Positions 19,822 through 30,038 of a stretch of 64,000 bases of DNA are shown here, one piece after another (position 1 is the stretch's first letter; the number at the start of each line of letters is the position of its first letter). Both the position numbers and the translations under genes were made by a program. The notes beneath the pieces are model-generated. The model saw nothing but the letters and a program-made list of their open reading frames with translations. It had not been told where the DNA came from and ran no database searches. The stretch covers positions 38,815 to 102,814 of IMG/VR virus record IMGVR_UViG_3300005617_000117; one strand, given 5' to 3'. The stretch comes from a virus.

Positions 19822-21210
19822 ATGTTTTGCACGAAGCTGGCACCAAAATTTACTGTAGAAATTGATACCGATCATGGTTGGATCATCTTTGCAGATTCAG
19901 ACAATGGATTCAAGTCTGTCTATAATATAGACAAAATTGCCAAGCAAGCCGAAGACGGCGTTTGGGTCCAGCCTCATTGCGGTCACACCGTTAGCAATGG
20001 AACAGGGCTATTACCAATTACGTACGCCCTAGGATTTGAAAACAGTCTTGCCAGATTAACAGGACCGGCCACCGCCCTCCAAGGAAGCGATTGGCACCAA
20101 GCACGTTCTAGTCATACAACTGGCGACGCAGATAGATTCTTTATTTCTGTTGGTGGCGAAAGATGTCAACGAGGCTTTCTAGATGGGCTTGCGTCACTTA
20201 AGTCCAGAGCGAAAGATCAAGAAAATAGACCAGTTGCGTGGTGGCCCTTTACATTTAAATATGATAACGGATATTACGGCGTTTTGAATAACGGCGTAGA
20301 TATCTGGAAATACGACGGTATGATGTTAAATGGTATCGAAGATCCAGCTAATGGTTGGGATATCTTTGATGCCGCCCACCTCGAATCAGCCTGTCTATTT
20401 TATGGGGCAGCCATCGGTGATCGCCAGTGCCTAGCAAACTTCTTTATGCTTGCCGCGTGGGTCTATTCAACTTTCCCTGGGGGCGGACCAAAAGCTGGTA
20501 GTGTTCAAAAGGGCTGGCACGGAAGCAATCAGGAACGAGCCAGAGGATGGCGTTACTGGTTTGATGCCCGAGCAATTATGTTAGGTTTTGATACCGCTGA
20601 TGCAGCCGTTATTGATATCTTCTTTGCAGGACAGGCTCCTAAGAAACACGCGACAGCGATCCTTAAGGACGCTCTAGATAATCCGCAGCCGCTTGGTGGC
20701 GATCACGCCGACGAACGAACGATGGTTGACTTTAAAGATGGAAGCGGCGAAATCAAAGGTTTCTATCCGTGGGCAAACGGTATCATGGTCGGCGGTTGGG
20801 GATATATGCGTCGAACGGGCATTATTAACGATCCATTAAAAACTCAGATGGATACGTGGATGTCAGATCGTGCGGCAGAAGTTATTAAAAGAGCCGTTAG
20901 TAATCTTGGCACATCTTATGCGGCATCCAGTACAAGTACGTTTGTTCAGGCGGATGTAGATAAAGCCAACTCCTTAGAAAAGGATAAAGGGCACTTCTAC
21001 GAACTCGTTGACTTTGGCGGTGGTGTCGGCGTTATTCGAGACAGACCAAGAAAGGCCGATTCTGAAGTTTTGGCCGGAGGTCTTTCCTTATTGTATAGCT
21101 ATGGCAATCCAATTGTACAGACGTTATTAAACGTATGCGATAAAATTGGATCAGTCGATTATGATAAAAGAGCTAAATATCTGGACATCGCTTACGGGCA
21201 GATTTTCTAA
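19822..21210 (+). CDS. Hypothetical protein, possible (alpha/alpha)-toroid glycan-processing enzyme
   Basis: Trp/Gly/Asp-rich; FDAAH...Y...GD...L and QERARGW patterns; own RBS and terminator. Confidence 0.35.
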   Translation: MFCTKLAPKFTVEIDTDHGWIIFADSDNGFKSVYNIDKIAKQAEDGVWVQPHCGHTVSNGTGLLPITYALGFENSLARLTGPATALQGSDWHQARSSHTTGDADRFFISVGGERCQRGFLDGLASLKSRAKDQENRPVAWWPFTFKYDNGYYGVLNNGVDIWKYDGMMLNGIEDPANGWDIFDAAHLESACLFYGAAIGDRQCLANFFMLAAWVYSTFPGGGPKAGSVQKGWHGSNQERARGWRYWFDARAIMLGFDTADAAVIDIFFAGQAPKKHATAILKDALDNPQPLGGDHADERTMVDFKDGSGEIKGFYPWANGIMVGGWGYMRRTGIINDPLKTQMDTWMSDRAAEVIKRAVSNLGTSYAASSTSTFVQADVDKANSLEKDKGHFYELVDFGGGVGVIRDRPRKADSEVLAGGLSLLYSYGNPIVQTLLNVCDKIGSVDYDKRAKYLDIAYGQIF

Positions 21211-21238
21211 GTAATCTTTCGGGACTTTGACATAATAT

Positions 21239-21274
21239 AGACGCAGGAAACGAACGCCTGCGTCTCTTTTATTT
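21239..21274 (+). terminator. Intrinsic terminator
   Basis: AGACGCAGG-AAACGAACG-CCTGCGTCT is a perfect 9-bp stem, followed by CTTTTATTT. Confidence 0.75.
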
Positions 21275-21288
21275 CAAGGTCTTATTTA

Positions 21289-22140
21289 ATGATCTCATAT
21301 CTCATTTCGTCATATGATAGTGGACAATACCTAGACAGACACCTCAGAAATCTTCTAGAGGAACAGTCTGACCAAAATTTAGAAGTAGTTATTGTCGTCC
21401 CCAATTCTCCCGGTATAGATGCAGAAGTTGCTAAGAAGTGGGCTCTTAAAGATACACGAGTTAACTTTATTGATTGGCCCGGCCGCGAACCTTATGGCTC
21501 TTCTTGGTTAAGAGCATGGCAAGAAGCCAAGGGAGATTTCGTATGTAATTCTAATGCGGACGATTTTCATCACCCTAAGTTTAATGAAACGTTCACAAAG
21601 ATTACCGATCAATTTAAAGACACGTACCATTGCTTTAGTAAAGAGCCTGCCTTCTGGTATGCAGGAATTGTAGTAGTTTCAGAGGAAACTGGTCAGGTTA
21701 TCGGGGCCGGAAGACGCCAACCGTTTAACCACGAACGATTCTCTTATGAATGCGATGGCGGCCCACAAGTCTGTTGGCGAAACGACCTACTCTTTACCCA
21801 AAAACTAAATTGGGAATTAATGTGGGCACGCTCAGCCGAACATACTTCGGCCTTCGATTACTGGCTCTGGCTTTACTTTATGTCTCTTGGTTTTAGAGGA
21901 CAAGTAATTGATGAATGTCTAACGTATTATACACAACGTAAACTCTCTATTGAGAACCGCAATAAAGGACAGAATACTTACGAGGCTCTTGCGTCGATTG
22001 CCGAATTCTTCCCCAATAATTTTAATCCTGGCGGACATCTACATAAACACCATCCCGAATTTGCAGACTTTAATAAATTACCACCCAAGGACGCATGGGT
22101 ACAAGCAAGAAATGAGGGGCGTGCATGGGACGCAAAGTAA
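21289..22140 (+). CDS. GT2 glycosyltransferase
   Basis: ISYLISSY, EVVIV, AKGDFVCNSNADD, FDYWLW. Confidence 0.8.
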   Translation: MISYLISSYDSGQYLDRHLRNLLEEQSDQNLEVVIVVPNSPGIDAEVAKKWALKDTRVNFIDWPGREPYGSSWLRAWQEAKGDFVCNSNADDFHHPKFNETFTKITDQFKDTYHCFSKEPAFWYAGIVVVSEETGQVIGAGRRQPFNHERFSYECDGGPQVCWRNDLLFTQKLNWELMWARSAEHTSAFDYWLWLYFMSLGFRGQVIDECLTYYTQRKLSIENRNKGQNTYEALASIAEFFPNNFNPGGHLHKHHPEFADFNKLPPKDAWVQARNEGRAWDAK

Positions 22141-23255
22141 GAGTTGTTCATCTTCTCAAAGACCTTGGATTAGGTGGTACACAAAAGACGGCAGAACTTC
22201 TAGTTAGAGAACTGGTACAGAAGTATAATAACGAATATGAAACGTTTGTACTTTACGATGCTGGTCACGAATTAACTAGATATTTAAATTTCGAGGCGGC
22301 AGTCGGTGGGCCCGAGCATATGGTGCCCTACAGATTTACTTCACAGGCTATTGAAGTATTGCAATCACTTAGACCAGATATCACGCACGTTTATCGTGCG
22401 GGTACGCCCGAATGGCCCATCCCTGGCAAAGACATCAAGCAAACTATTTTCGTAGAAACTAATGTTTTCGGCTTTGTCGATCCCAATCCAGAAGTTCACA
22501 AATCTCTCTTTATGAGTAAATGGTTAATGGATTGCAGTAGAAAACAGCACGGCGATGCAATTTTTGATACTGTCGGTCGTAGTGGTAGATTTGACTTTCT
22601 TAATAATCCGGTTGATCTACCAGCAACCCAAGATACATTCCTAGACATCAGACCAGACAAAGATACGATTGTTCTTGGTCGTGTCGGCCGTCCTGATGAC
22701 GGGATCTACGATGATATCAATGTTAAGGCCGCTATGGTTCTAGTTAGTAAAGGCTACAAGATTCTATTTTTAACGCTAGCGGCCCCTCCAAGAATGATGG
22801 ATGATCTGGAGAAATATGATGTTCCGCACATCAATATAGCTCCAACGGTATCTCCGACTGTTCTTAGTGCTTTTTATAATTCTATTGATATTCTCGCACA
22901 CGCACGAGCGGATGGAGAAACGTTCGGAAGCAATATAGCGGAAGCGATGATGCACGGTAAGCCTGTAGTAACACATATTGCAGTGCCTAGCCATCCTAGA
23001 ATGGGTGTATTTCAGGCACAAACCGAACTTGTTCAGGACGATGTTACTGGATATGTAGTACGACATGAGATTGCGGCTTATGCTGATGCACTAGAGCAAT
23101 TAATTAATATTGGTCCACTACGAAAGAAGTTAGGGATTGCAGGCAAGGAATGGGCCGAAAAGAACTGTAGCACAGAAGTTTGCGGAGCTAAGCTGCACAA
23201 AACTTATCAGGATCTAATTTACAAGTATGGCCACTTGATTCGGTCTAGGAGCTAA
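22125..23255 (+). CDS. GT4 glycosyltransferase
   Basis: LGLGGTQK, LGRVGRPD, GETFGSNIAEAMMHGKPVV. Confidence 0.88.
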   Translation: MGRKVRVVHLLKDLGLGGTQKTAELLVRELVQKYNNEYETFVLYDAGHELTRYLNFEAAVGGPEHMVPYRFTSQAIEVLQSLRPDITHVYRAGTPEWPIPGKDIKQTIFVETNVFGFVDPNPEVHKSLFMSKWLMDCSRKQHGDAIFDTVGRSGRFDFLNNPVDLPATQDTFLDIRPDKDTIVLGRVGRPDDGIYDDINVKAAMVLVSKGYKILFLTLAAPPRMMDDLEKYDVPHINIAPTVSPTVLSAFYNSIDILAHARADGETFGSNIAEAMMHGKPVVTHIAVPSHPRMGVFQAQTELVQDDVTGYVVRHEIAAYADALEQLINIGPLRKKLGIAGKEWAEKNCSTEVCGAKLHKTYQDLIYKYGHLIRSRS

Positions 23256-24337
23256 TGATGATTTTTGAGAGTCTTTCGTTTGATGACGTAAACTTAATTC
23301 CCAAGTACAATGACAAGAGTAGAAAACAAGTTTCTATTGCGATGGATTTTGCAGGATTTGTTTTTGCTCATCCATTTATTTCTTCTAATATGGATACCAT
23401 TACGGGGCCAAAGATGGCCGCTGCAATGCATGAAACAGGTGGTTTCGGTATTCTCCATAGATTTTGTACTATTGAAGAAAATCTTCAAATGTTTAAAGAT
23501 GCTGGCTGTGTATGGCAAGGATCGTGTGACTATAAGAGTCATGGCGTTGGAGTTTCTATAGGCATTAAAGACGAAGAAATCGAACGAGCCGCCGCCCTGT
23601 ACGAAGCGGGTGCCCGTATTATTTGTGTTGACATTGCACATGGTCATTCCAAGCAAATGGGGCAAATGCTCAAAAAACTCAGAGATAATTTTCCAGGCAT
23701 TACATTGATTGCCGGTAATGTCGCCACATATGCTGGAGCAGACTATCTTATTAGTTGTGGTGCTCACGCCGTTAAAGTAGGCATCGGTCCCGGCGGAGCG
23801 TGTTCTACACGCATGAAGACTGGTTGTGGAGTGCCACAATTAACTGCAATCATGGAGGCTTCTAAGGCTAATGGAATTATTATTGCCGATGGTGGCGTAA
23901 AGACTCCTGGCGATGCAGTTAAAGCTTTAGCTGCCGGGGCACACTTTGTCATGCTCGGCTCATTCTTCGCCGGTTGTAGCGAGACGCCCGGCGAAGTTGT
24001 CGAATATCCTAGTGCTAATTCCGACTTGCTTTATGGTAAACCAATTAATCACATTATTCGACGCAAGCGTTTCCGTGGCATGGCTTCACGCGAAGCCCAA
24101 GAAGATTTTATGGGCAAGATGGATGATTGGAAGACGGCCGAAGGCGTCTCCATCGAAGTACCTTACACTGGTCCAGTAGCCGATAAGGTTGCTGATTTAT
24201 GTGGCGGTCTTCGCTCAGGCATGACATATTGCGGGGCCGCTTCAATAGACGAGCTACACCGTAGAGCAGATTTTACAAAGATTTCACATTCAGGTTATAT
24301 GGAGGGTACACCCCATGCGTCCACTAGATTGGCTTAA
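23255..24337 (+). CDS. IMP dehydrogenase/GMP reductase family protein (no CBS domains)
   Basis: [40 protein letters not shown] (catalytic Cys), [22 protein letters not shown]. Confidence 0.92.
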   Translation: MMIFESLSFDDVNLIPKYNDKSRKQVSIAMDFAGFVFAHPFISSNMDTITGPKMAAAMHETGGFGILHRFCTIEENLQMFKDAGCVWQGSCDYKSHGVGVSIGIKDEEIERAAALYEAGARIICVDIAHGHSKQMGQMLKKLRDNFPGITLIAGNVATYAGADYLISCGAHAVKVGIGPGGACSTRMKTGCGVPQLTAIMEASKANGIIIADGGVKTPGDAVKALAAGAHFVMLGSFFAGCSETPGEVVEYPSANSDLLYGKPINHIIRRKRFRGMASREAQEDFMGKMDDWKTAEGVSIEVPYTGPVADKVADLCGGLRSGMTYCGAASIDELHRRADFTKISHSGYMEGTPHASTRLA

Positions 24338-24686
24338 AAATTTAACATGGATTAGAGCAATTCGTCTTTACCCAACTGCTAAACAAAATTACGCTTGTTT
24401 ATTAGATGCATATATTAACCTTGTATCAAAGGTCAAAGAATTAACTATTCAACTTGAAGCAAAGAATGCTATGCGATCTGTTGCCGATATTCTTGCTCCA
24501 AAGGAACAAGAACGAAGTCAACCATATAAAACGTCCCACGAAGGCGTGAGAATGAGCACTTTAACGTGGCACGAAGAGAGACTTTTGAGAATCGAATTGC
24601 AGGCTTATAAGGATAAGCTAGCAAAGGCCAGCGATCAGATTGACTCACTCAAGGACGAGGTACGACATGCCAACAGGGCCGATTAA
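24315..24686 (+). CDS. Hypothetical coiled-coil protein
   Basis: 123 aa ORF with a GGAGG RBS, overlapping both neighbours. Confidence 0.55.
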   Translation: MRPLDWLKNLTWIRAIRLYPTAKQNYACLLDAYINLVSKVKELTIQLEAKNAMRSVADILAPKEQERSQPYKTSHEGVRMSTLTWHEERLLRIELQAYKDKLAKASDQIDSLKDEVRHANRAD

Positions 24687-25758
24687 GGTTGTCCACCATT
24701 CAAAAACAATAGGATATTCCGGCACAGATAGAACCGCACAACTCATGTGCAAGTATCTGGCCAAAGATCCTAGATTTGAGCCGTTCTTGGTTTATAGAAC
24801 GGATGGTGATAATTCTCGGCTAGAAATTATGCGTAGTATTCTAGGCGATAGTCATGTTATTCCATACGAATGGGTTCCGGGGAAGAAAGGTCGTCAGGCT
24901 CCATATCTTCCAGAACATGATAATTTATACGAAGTCATTGAAAAGATTAATCCTGATATCATGCACGTTCATAGGTCTGGCTATCAGGAATGGCCTTTGC
25001 GATATGTCGCTCCAAAAGCAACATGGGTAGAAACGAATATCTTTGGATTCGGAGACAAATCAAACGATATTGACCAGCATATCTATATCTCGGATTTCAT
25101 TCGGAACACGGCAATTAAGTGTGGGAATCCACATGGTCCAACCCTATACAATCCTATTGAATCGCCAGTGCCGCATAGCGAATTGCCGCCCGTATCGTTA
25201 AAAGAAGAATTGGGATTCTGGCACGGCACAATTCTTTTAGGGAGAATAGGTAGACCAGACAACTTCGATCCTATATCTCTTAAGGCGTTCGCAAAATTAG
25301 AACGCGAGAATCCGAATGTTCACTATCTTGTGATTAATGCCTGTCACAATTGGATTGATACCGCAAAACAATTAGGAATAAAGAATATTACATTCCTTCC
25401 GGCGATCATTGACGATCAGTCACTTTCTAGATTTTATCAGAGTCTAGATATTTATGCACACGCCCGCAGTGATGGCGAGTGTTGCCCTTGCAATATTCAG
25501 GAAGCAATGATACACGGTTTGCCGGTTGTTTCTCATAGGAGTGCAATCTACAATGGGCAGTCTGAGATTATTGGGGATTCTGGTTTCGTTGTTCCTGAGA
25601 ATGATAGCGAATCTTATTATCAAGTTCTTAAAGCTCTTGTGGAAGACGCTGGATTAAGAGATCAATTTGGAGACAAAGCTGCTCATAGAGCAGACTTCTA
25701 TTTCAGGGCTGATCGTGTGGTAGAAAAACTAAAAGAAATTTATTTGGAATTACTATAA
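24667..25758 (+). CDS. GT4 glycosyltransferase (paralog of 22125)
   Basis: GYSGTDR, VETNIFG, LGRIGRPD, HARSDGECC..NIQEAMIHGLPVV. Confidence 0.88.
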   Translation: MPTGPIKVVHHSKTIGYSGTDRTAQLMCKYLAKDPRFEPFLVYRTDGDNSRLEIMRSILGDSHVIPYEWVPGKKGRQAPYLPEHDNLYEVIEKINPDIMHVHRSGYQEWPLRYVAPKATWVETNIFGFGDKSNDIDQHIYISDFIRNTAIKCGNPHGPTLYNPIESPVPHSELPPVSLKEELGFWHGTILLGRIGRPDNFDPISLKAFAKLERENPNVHYLVINACHNWIDTAKQLGIKNITFLPAIIDDQSLSRFYQSLDIYAHARSDGECCPCNIQEAMIHGLPVVSHRSAIYNGQSEIIGDSGFVVPENDSESYYQVLKALVEDAGLRDQFGDKAAHRADFYFRADRVVEKLKEIYLELL

Positions 25759-25976
25759 TGTCTTTAATTTGGACTAAAGAAAAGCCCACCAAGCCAGGAT
25801 GGTATTTTTATCGCCTATTTGATGGTAAGAAATATTTGTCGCCAAGCGTTTATCATATCGTTGAAATTAATCAATATATTGTTGTTGATACTGGCGATAG
25901 ACGGTGGCCCATCAGCGTTGAGTCTGATATGTGTCGATGGGCTGGACCGATAGAGGAACCACATGAAAGTCATTAG
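25758..25976 (+). CDS. Small hypothetical phage protein
   Basis: WTKEKPTKPGWYFYR...WAGPIEEP; TAATG coupling. Confidence 0.6.
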   Translation: MSLIWTKEKPTKPGWYFYRLFDGKKYLSPSVYHIVEINQYIVVDTGDRRWPISVESDMCRWAGPIEEPHESH

Positions 25977-26664
25977 CTTTTGCCTTTGGGGCGACAAGCC
26001 CCAATACACCGTTGGTGCAATAAAGAATGCCAAACTTGCTAAGGAAATTTATCCTGGGTGGGAATGCTGGTTTTATGTAGACGACAATGAGCTTGATCTT
26101 TGTGTGCCTCATTTTAATGAACTAGAGACAATGGATCATGTTAGAGTATTTGGAGTCGGCAAGAGCAGGCACCATTTAATGCTTAGTAGATTTCGGGCTA
26201 TTGATGGCTGTAGACATACACACGGTCCAGATATTCCAGTAGACGTAATGCTTTCCCGCGATTGTGACTCCCGCCTTTCTCTGAGAGAAAAACTGGCAGT
26301 GGACAAATGGCTGGCCAGCGATAAACAGTTCCTAGTTTTAAAGGATCACCCCTGGCACGCGGGCGTGCCTATCCTGGGCGGCCTATGGGGCGTTAAAGCC
26401 GGTCTTTTGCCCAACATGAGCCAGATGACTAATGATTTTATCCGCGAAGATCCACGCAACGAATGGCAGTGCGACCAACGATTTTTAACCGACAAGATTT
26501 GGCCCCTAGTCGCCCACACAGCAATGGTCTTCGACCCATTTTATGGCGGCCTTAATTATCCTATTCCAAGGGATGGTTTTGAATTCTGCGGCTCTACGCA
26601 TGACGAAAACGATAAAATTCCACAGGAACAGATAGACCTACTCGGAAGATATTGGAGAGATTAA
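25963..26664 (+). CDS. Putative GT-A-like glycan biosynthesis protein
   Basis: KVISFCLWG..P.Y..GAI.N, RDCDSR (DxD), DHPWH, ILGGLWG, DQ.FL; pattern typical of polysaccharide loci. Confidence 0.6.
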   Translation: MKVISFCLWGDKPQYTVGAIKNAKLAKEIYPGWECWFYVDDNELDLCVPHFNELETMDHVRVFGVGKSRHHLMLSRFRAIDGCRHTHGPDIPVDVMLSRDCDSRLSLREKLAVDKWLASDKQFLVLKDHPWHAGVPILGGLWGVKAGLLPNMSQMTNDFIREDPRNEWQCDQRFLTDKIWPLVAHTAMVFDPFYGGLNYPIPRDGFEFCGSTHDENDKIPQEQIDLLGRYWRD

Positions 26665-26667
26665 GTT

Positions 26668-27270
26668 ATGGCCGATGGCTATCAATATAATGAAGGCGAC
26701 ATCCTTTCTAAGTTCTTTAATGCACCTCCATATACTCAAATGGACGAATGGCCTTATCTCGTAGATATTGGGGCGGCTGACGGAGTAGATAATTCCAACT
26801 CTAAACAATTGCTAGGGACATGGAATGGATTGCTAGTCGAGCCACATCCACAATATTTTATGGATCTTTTAAAACTATATAAGTCTGGTGCCCATTACGG
26901 ATTAACCCGAAATATCAAATTATCTAATTATGCTATATCAGACGTTCCTGGCCGCAAGAGGTTTTATCTCAATAATCAATGCTCGTCACTAGTCTATCCT
27001 ATCGGGCCATCAATAGAAGTGGAGGCGGTCACTTTGACCGACCTCTTTATGCTTTATGGCGTACCCCGCCATTTCGAATTCATGTCTATAGATTGCGAGG
27101 GGCACGACATGGCCGTGCTCCGGTCATTAGATTGGAAAACTTGGTCGATAGATTTGGTGTGCATTGAGCATAGTATGGATAAGCAAGAACTGGATCATTT
27201 TATGAAAGCGGTAGATTATAAATTGCACGAACGTACACAAGGAAATTCGTTTTATGTTAAAAAGAGTTAA
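26668..27270 (+). CDS. FkbM-family SAM methyltransferase
   Basis: VDIGAADG..NSNS, GLLVEP, SIDCEGHD..VL, IEH. Confidence 0.88.
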   Translation: MADGYQYNEGDILSKFFNAPPYTQMDEWPYLVDIGAADGVDNSNSKQLLGTWNGLLVEPHPQYFMDLLKLYKSGAHYGLTRNIKLSNYAISDVPGRKRFYLNNQCSSLVYPIGPSIEVEAVTLTDLFMLYGVPRHFEFMSIDCEGHDMAVLRSLDWKTWSIDLVCIEHSMDKQELDHFMKAVDYKLHERTQGNSFYVKKS

Positions 27271-27535
27271 AGAACTGTTTGAAGTTATTAAGAATGCAGA
27301 GGCAGAGTTAAAGAAGATTCGGGATAAGTGCAAGCACAAAAAGACATTCGAAGGGAATTGGTCGGATGGTCCCGGACGTATAACGCACGCAAACATTTGT
27401 TTTTCTTGCCATAACTTTGTGTCTGTTACTGGTAAATTTCCAGATATGCCAGAGTTTCATGACGGTGGATGGAAACAATCGAACATTACTTTGCAAGATC
27501 CAAAACGTGGCGATTGGTTTGAGGCTCCAGAATGA
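27254..27535 (+). CDS. Hypothetical protein (CxH...CxxC)
   Basis: 93 aa ORF coupled to its neighbours. Confidence 0.55.
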   Translation: MLKRVKELFEVIKNAEAELKKIRDKCKHKKTFEGNWSDGPGRITHANICFSCHNFVSVTGKFPDMPEFHDGGWKQSNITLQDPKRGDWFEAPE

Positions 27536-28422
27536 AGATCCTAGTAAGTTATCGCGGTGCCCCACGTATTCGCGGATGGGAAACGGGGGCTTTAGTCGCC
27601 AGGGCATTACGCCATTCTGGTAACGAAGTAGATGAATATGCCAAGATTTACGAGAGTGATGCGTGGCTATTCGCCCACAACGACGTATTCTCAAATGAAT
27701 ACGATCTCCATCTTTTTATGGAATGTAATGACGGCGATAGACAATATCTTGAGCTAAAACATATTAATGCGAAGCGTCGAGCAGCTTGGTTATTCGATGT
27801 AGCCATGAATCCTCAAGGCTATAAAGAACTAGTACAATATATGGAGTTCGACCATTGCTATTGTGCTAACCTAGATTTTCTCAGCCAATTTGGTCGCCCA
27901 TCAACATATTTGCCTTACGGCTGCGACAAGGAATTCTTTTATAGACCACTCGATACACCCAAGACTATTGATGTATGTCTTGTGGGATCTGATAGACCAG
28001 AACGCCAGGAACTGATAAAGACCCTTATTAAGAACGGCGTTAATGCCCAACTTATTTCTGGAGTATTTAAAGAAGACTATATTAATACGCTTGCGGCAAG
28101 CAAAATAGTTATTAACGACATTGCTGGCGGTGGAACCAATCTTCTCTCAATGAGAACTTTTGAGGCTCCTGCCGCCGGAGCACTTTTGTTACAGGCTATG
28201 GTGCCTTCTATCTACCACGAATTCGAAGAGGCCGTGACTTGTGCCACTTTCGGTAACGAAACCGAATTAATTTCTAATTGCCTTTATTATTTAAAGAACG
28301 AAGACGAACGTAAACGAGTTGCTAAGAACGGACAATATTGGGCACTTAATCATCACTCTTATGAGGCCCGCGTATTTAAAATCATAATGGACACTATTCA
28401 TTGGAATCTTACGCATAAATGA
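27532..28422 (+). CDS. CgeB-like (Glyco_trans_1_2) glycosyltransferase
   Basis: YLPYGCD, KIVIN, MRTFEAPAAG, ERKRVAKNG....NHHSYEAR. Confidence 0.82.
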   Translation: MKILVSYRGAPRIRGWETGALVARALRHSGNEVDEYAKIYESDAWLFAHNDVFSNEYDLHLFMECNDGDRQYLELKHINAKRRAAWLFDVAMNPQGYKELVQYMEFDHCYCANLDFLSQFGRPSTYLPYGCDKEFFYRPLDTPKTIDVCLVGSDRPERQELIKTLIKNGVNAQLISGVFKEDYINTLAASKIVINDIAGGGTNLLSMRTFEAPAAGALLLQAMVPSIYHEFEEAVTCATFGNETELISNCLYYLKNEDERKRVAKNGQYWALNHHSYEARVFKIIMDTIHWNLTHK

Positions 28423-29108
28423 CTGCCGATACATTAATTTGCGTACATAGCACTACGCCTAAGAACGACTCACTTCTTCAGGAAGCGGTTCGTTCTGTAC
28501 TACGCTCTTCTGTTAGACCCAACAATCTTGTTATAGTATATGATGCCTGTTGGGAAGATACACAGAAGAATCTAGAAAGCATCTTTGATGATACGATCCA
28601 TTATTGGGACTATGTTGAATTAGGGTCAACACATTATATCCCAATTAGTAAGCCAATGAAACAGGGACTGGCAGTGGCCAAGAACTTTGGTCTTAAGTTT
28701 TGCACCAGCGATATCGTAACTTACTGTGATGCAGACGATACTTGGATAAGTAGTAAACTAGAACTCCAGAAGAAATTTATGGAAGATTCTGGAGTGGACT
28801 TTTGCTTTACTCAATCCTGGGATATTCGTTCTGATTATGCACTTGTCCCGAACTGTTTTCCAGTTGGCTACGCCAATACCCACGAAAAGATTGCCGAGAA
28901 GATATTTACTGAAAACTGCTTGTGCCACGGTTCGATGGCTGCAAAAAGATCGGTATTAGAGGCCCTCGGAGGGTATAATACAGACAGACGATTTTTAGGC
29001 CGCGAGGATTGGGAACTCTGGCAAAGAGCATTCCAGGCCGGTTATAAATTCTTCAATATCCCGGAGCGGCTTTATTGCTATCGCCTAGGTACAAGTGTGG
29101 AGAGATAA
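28419..29108 (+). CDS. GT2 glycosyltransferase
   Basis: GLAVAKNFG, YCDADD, KLELQ, GGY, EDWELW. Confidence 0.88.
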   Translation: MTADTLICVHSTTPKNDSLLQEAVRSVLRSSVRPNNLVIVYDACWEDTQKNLESIFDDTIHYWDYVELGSTHYIPISKPMKQGLAVAKNFGLKFCTSDIVTYCDADDTWISSKLELQKKFMEDSGVDFCFTQSWDIRSDYALVPNCFPVGYANTHEKIAEKIFTENCLCHGSMAAKRSVLEALGGYNTDRRFLGREDWELWQRAFQAGYKFFNIPERLYCYRLGTSVER

Positions 29109-29109
29109 G

Positions 29110-29397
29110 ATGTGCGTAGTTTCTATGATCGGCGATCATTTTGGGGATATGTGGAAGAATCAACCATTTATAGTTCCAGCGGTCGATCCCAATGGACAAG
29201 CAAAGATTGATTTCTCCCTTATTTCAAGGGCAGAATTTGAGGCTCTTAAAAAAGAGGTAGAGATACTAAAGGAATTGCTAGTAAAGGCGATTGCCTACGA
29301 TAAAGCGAACGGCGAACCTCACTGTGAGAAGCCAGAGAAAGTTAAGTTGCTCAAAGATATTGCAAAAGCATTAGGAGTAGAACTAAATGGAATTTAA
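29110..29397 (+). CDS. Hypothetical phage protein
   Basis: MCVVSMIGD...EFEALKKEV...EPHCE; coiled coil. Confidence 0.6.
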   Translation: MCVVSMIGDHFGDMWKNQPFIVPAVDPNGQAKIDFSLISRAEFEALKKEVEILKELLVKAIAYDKANGEPHCEKPEKVKLLKDIAKALGVELNGI

Positions 29398-29719
29398 GGA
29401 ATATCAGGAAAAGACTGCGACCACGGCTATTTATCCGGGGCGTGGTACTTTAACGGGCGTTCTATACACGGCCCTCGGCCTAGGAGAGACTGGCGAAGTG
29501 CAAGGTAAGGTGAAGAAGATTCTACGAGATTCTAATGGCGTTATTTCGCCCGAAACGGTTGTTGCCATTAAAGGAGAACTTGGCGACTGTCTTTGGTACA
29601 TTTCTCAACTTTGCAGCGAGCTAGGTCTTGATCTAGGCACAGTAGCCCAGGAGAATATCCAGAAACTAGCTGATCGTGCAGCCCGAGGCGTCCTTAAAGG
29701 TAATGGCGACAATAGATAA
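29387..29719 (+). CDS. MazG-like nucleoside triphosphate pyrophosphohydrolase
   Basis: LGLGETGEV, ELGDCLWY, N..KLADR...G.GDNR. Confidence 0.88.
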   Translation: MEFKEYQEKTATTAIYPGRGTLTGVLYTALGLGETGEVQGKVKKILRDSNGVISPETVVAIKGELGDCLWYISQLCSELGLDLGTVAQENIQKLADRAARGVLKGNGDNR

Positions 29720-29723
29720 TTTT

Positions 29724-30038
29724 ATGTATCCGGGTAAAGTACCTCTAAGCCAAGACGGCCACTTATTTAGTTACGTCGATGGCTATGTCTCGAACAACAA
29801 CAGTATTATTTGGGTAGATAATTTTGTTCTAACATCAACACTGAAAATTTATGATTATGGCCGTGGTCGGTCGGCAGTACATTTTTTGGTAGAAGATAAT
29901 ACTGGAAGAAAATATAACATGTTCCTGACGGATATGTTTCATGCCATTACTCACTTTAAAATTGAAGGCAGCGTAATTATGCATGATCGCTGGACAATCT
30001 GTAAGCGTGGTGCTAATTACGGTATTGAGGCAATATGA
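29724..30038 (+). CDS. Hypothetical protein
   Basis: GRSAVHF...KRGANYGI; probable ATG at 29724. Confidence 0.55.
   Translation: MYPGKVPLSQDGHLFSYVDGYVSNNNSIIWVDNFVLTSTLKIYDYGRGRSAVHFLVEDNTGRKYNMFLTDMFHAITHFKIEGSVIMHDRWTICKRGANYGIEAI

Noticed and set aside
21227-21238. TTGACA-TAATAT as a sigma70 promoter
   Set aside because: The two hexamers abut with no spacer, and there is no -10 element 16-18 nt downstream.
23294-23839. Long antisense or alternate-frame ORFs (also 30305-30760, 30483-31010, 41168-41647, 44397-44816)
   Set aside because: They overlap well-supported genes and have no recognisable motifs; treated as shadow ORFs.
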